Shown here: positions 61,470 through 64,000 of the stretch, piece by piece
How the letters are laid out: each line of letters begins with the position of its first letter
Numbering within the stretch: position 1 is the first letter of the stretch
Origin: Lytechinus pictus
Taxonomy: Eukaryota
Assembly: GCF_037042905.1 (NCBI RefSeq)
Contig: NC_087250.1
Coordinates: forward strand, 11,782,001-11,846,000
Reading direction: 5' to 3'
Length of the DNA stretch: 64,000 bases
The notes under the pieces: model-generated
Told to the model about the DNA's origin: nothing
Seen by the model: the letters and a program-made list of their open reading frames with translations, nothing else
Databases searched by the model: none
Translations under genes and position numbers: made by a program

Positions 61470-62222
61470 CAGGGGCAGCGGAACGTATGTTCGTGCTTTT
61501 TTTTTGGGGGGGGAGCCAAAAAGGCACTTATATGGGCATATACAACAAATACTTTTACCATGCTTGAAGTAGTTGTGTGTTTTATAGTAATTATGTTGAG
61601 CATAGCCTATTTGAAGTGATTTCTAGTTGATAAGGTATACATTTAGGCTTATTTTTTTCCTCGAGCGAGAGGTTTGGAAAAATTTTCAAATCTTAAGTTG
61701 TGAAACTCGGTTTTTGGACGTTATTTACAAAAGGGCATCCTTGCGAGATTCTGAAAGCGCGAATCGCGAGCTCAGACTTCTGAACATTTCATGTATTTTT
61801 AATAAGACATGGAGAATAAACATTCTGAATAGTTGTTGCTATCAAGATATAGACTAATATATGTCTAAAATAATTAATTTGAGCGCAAAGCGCGAGCTGA
61901 ATTATTTTTTATATACTGACCAGAAAGGGAACCTGTTAAGAACTGCATTTAATGATACATATCTCAGAAATCGAATTTTTTTCGATATTCCAGCCTCAGA
62001 ATTTGACATTGTTAGGATTTTTGTAATACTGAACAGGATGCGTAAACAATATTTGATGCGAGCACGAAGCGCCAGCCAAAATTGTGTGATTTTGTAACCT
62101 AAAATGTATTGCGTTTTATTTCAAGTTTCAAGAAAGGTATTTCATTTTGAAAAAGGACACATTTTATTTTGGACAAAAAAAGGCAGTTTTCATAAAAAAA
62201 TCCTACTATTTTGCCGCACCTG
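61470..62222. mobile_element. Diverged hAT-like element
   Basis: CAGGGGCAGCGGAACG start; GCGAAGCGCGAG-type motifs; possible end GCCGCACCTG; no matching TSD. Confidence 0.4.
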
Positions 62223-64000
62223 CTCATACTGCACACACTTAAAATATTGGTTGCAGTTATCTGATCTTAACATCAAGTACATTGACCTTGATAAAAAAAC
62301 ACCTTTCAAAATTAAGTAAAAATAATATAGACCTATATCAATGGAATATTAAAGAAAAAATTATAAAAAACTGCCCGACTTTTAACACTCAATAAACTCT
62401 AAAAATATTGGGTAAGAATGCTCCATGAGAGTGTTATTGTGTCCAAACAACATTGAGCATTTCTTTTGGGCATTTTTATGTATCCAGTGTGATGACAATT
62501 TTGCCCATTCTAAAGTAATTGTTGCTTCTTTTTCAACCCTACTGGACAATATGCTTCCCGCATTGGATAAATTTATTTCATTATTTCATTTTTTTTTACA
62601 GTATATAATCCATTATTTAATCTCTCATCCAAATAAATTACATGTTGCAGCACTTTTATTAGAAAGATGAAGGGTTGAAAAAGGGCAAGGGGACAAACCG
62701 ATCAATGAACTTTGTTCAGTAAAGGGAAAATCCCGCGCCTCCCCCAGAACAATGCCTTTATACAAAGAAGAAAAGTTTATTTCGAAACTATCGAATTGAT
62801 CTACCAACGCGAACCAAAAATACCCTATAAAGGTAGATCTATTATTGTGGGATAAAAGGCTGCTCCTAACTGTTACATCAACGACGGTGGTTGTTTGCTC
62901 GTTGCGATGTTGACCGTAGGTTGCTTTTCAACTGAATATCATATCAAACGCTTCAATCTAAGGAGCCCGAACACTAAAGCATAAATCAACGCTTATCAAG
63001 TTCAATATGGTTTGGACAGGAATGGTATACTCACGTGTTCATTTTTTAATTATCGGCCACGTCATATCCATGCATTTTTGTGCAGCACTGTGCATTTTTG
63101 GTGCATCATTTTACCCATAGTGCGTAAGAACTGCGACGCCATCTGAGTAAAATTTTACCCAATATTTGGTCAAAAGGGAACATGCATGTTTGCTGGGTAT
63201 TTTTTTTTTACCCCATATTGGGTTATTTCACCGCAGCATTGCCTGAAATTTACAAAATATTTGGTATCTTTTTACCCAGCCAACATACATGTTCCCATTT
63301 TACCCTAAATTGGATAAACTTTTTTTAGAGTGTAGATACACCAGTGAGTCATGTCCTAATAGAAAGCAGGTACGGGTGTGAAATCTTTATCTGTGCGATC
63401 CCTCGAAAACTTCGAACAACCGTTCCACTACAAATTTATACTGCCGACCCGTTTTATAAAACAAATAATGCACATCTTTAAAAATTCGCGATGTTATTGG
63501 CCATGCAGGTACCTCGGGTATTCGCAATAACATGGAAAAGCACTAGGCAAAAACGGCTCGTGTTTTCGCATATTGCAAATACCATCTATTGCGCTGCATT
63601 GCCACATCACACTCATAAATGACTGTGCATTATTTGTACAACATGAAATATGCAGGGTACAGGTGTGGGAAGTTGCCAGCGGTGTGAACTTACACAAAGG
63701 CAAGAAAATTATGTCATGTAGATACCTCGCAAAAGAAGCCATTTATTTGGCCAAGAAAACAATAACACAAAAATCACACTTAAAGTGTGTGGCTAGTTTT
63801 GAAAGAAGGCTAGATCAACTAGAACTTCTAGAAGTCAGAGCAGAAGTCAGAACATAAGTCAGTAAGGGGTAAAGCTTCGAGCAACAAACAATTTTGCATT
63901 TAAGATCTTAACCTTAACTGACATTTTTTTAATCAAATGACGTAGAACTTGAATATCATGAACACGACAACGCTTTATTTTGCTTCTTCCGCTGTCTTGA

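Noticed and set aside
63494..63857. Overlapping ORFs of 82 aa (-) and 94 aa (+)
   Set aside because: No recognisable domain or convincing splice sites; could belong to a neighbouring gene but unsupported

Overview
AT-rich, repeat-dense animal genomic DNA. The SINE and MITE content suggests a sea urchin, but this is an inference. One host gene can be assembled by hand on the minus strand: 10 phase-consistent GT-AG exons from 55717 to 10937, 1668 nt, 555 aa. It encodes a UPA-like/ZU5/UPA/Pro-Glu linker/death-domain protein of the UNC5/PIDD/ankyrin supramodule type, with no transmembrane segment. Introns and flanks are filled with transposons. These include five intact Academ-type foldback elements (TAG...CTA ends, exact 3-bp TSDs, one with transposase/XPG remnants), a near-complete CR1/L2-group LINE ORF2 (PHD-endonuclease-RT, one frameshift), other LINE fragments, tRNA-derived SINEs and many MITEs, nested up to five levels deep. 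The most unusual element is a ~165-bp SINE at 7710-7876. Its head looks like 7SL RNA (Alu domain) and is fused to a central domain shared with a local tRNA-derived SINE. All family and domain assignments are from motif recognition by eye, not database searches.
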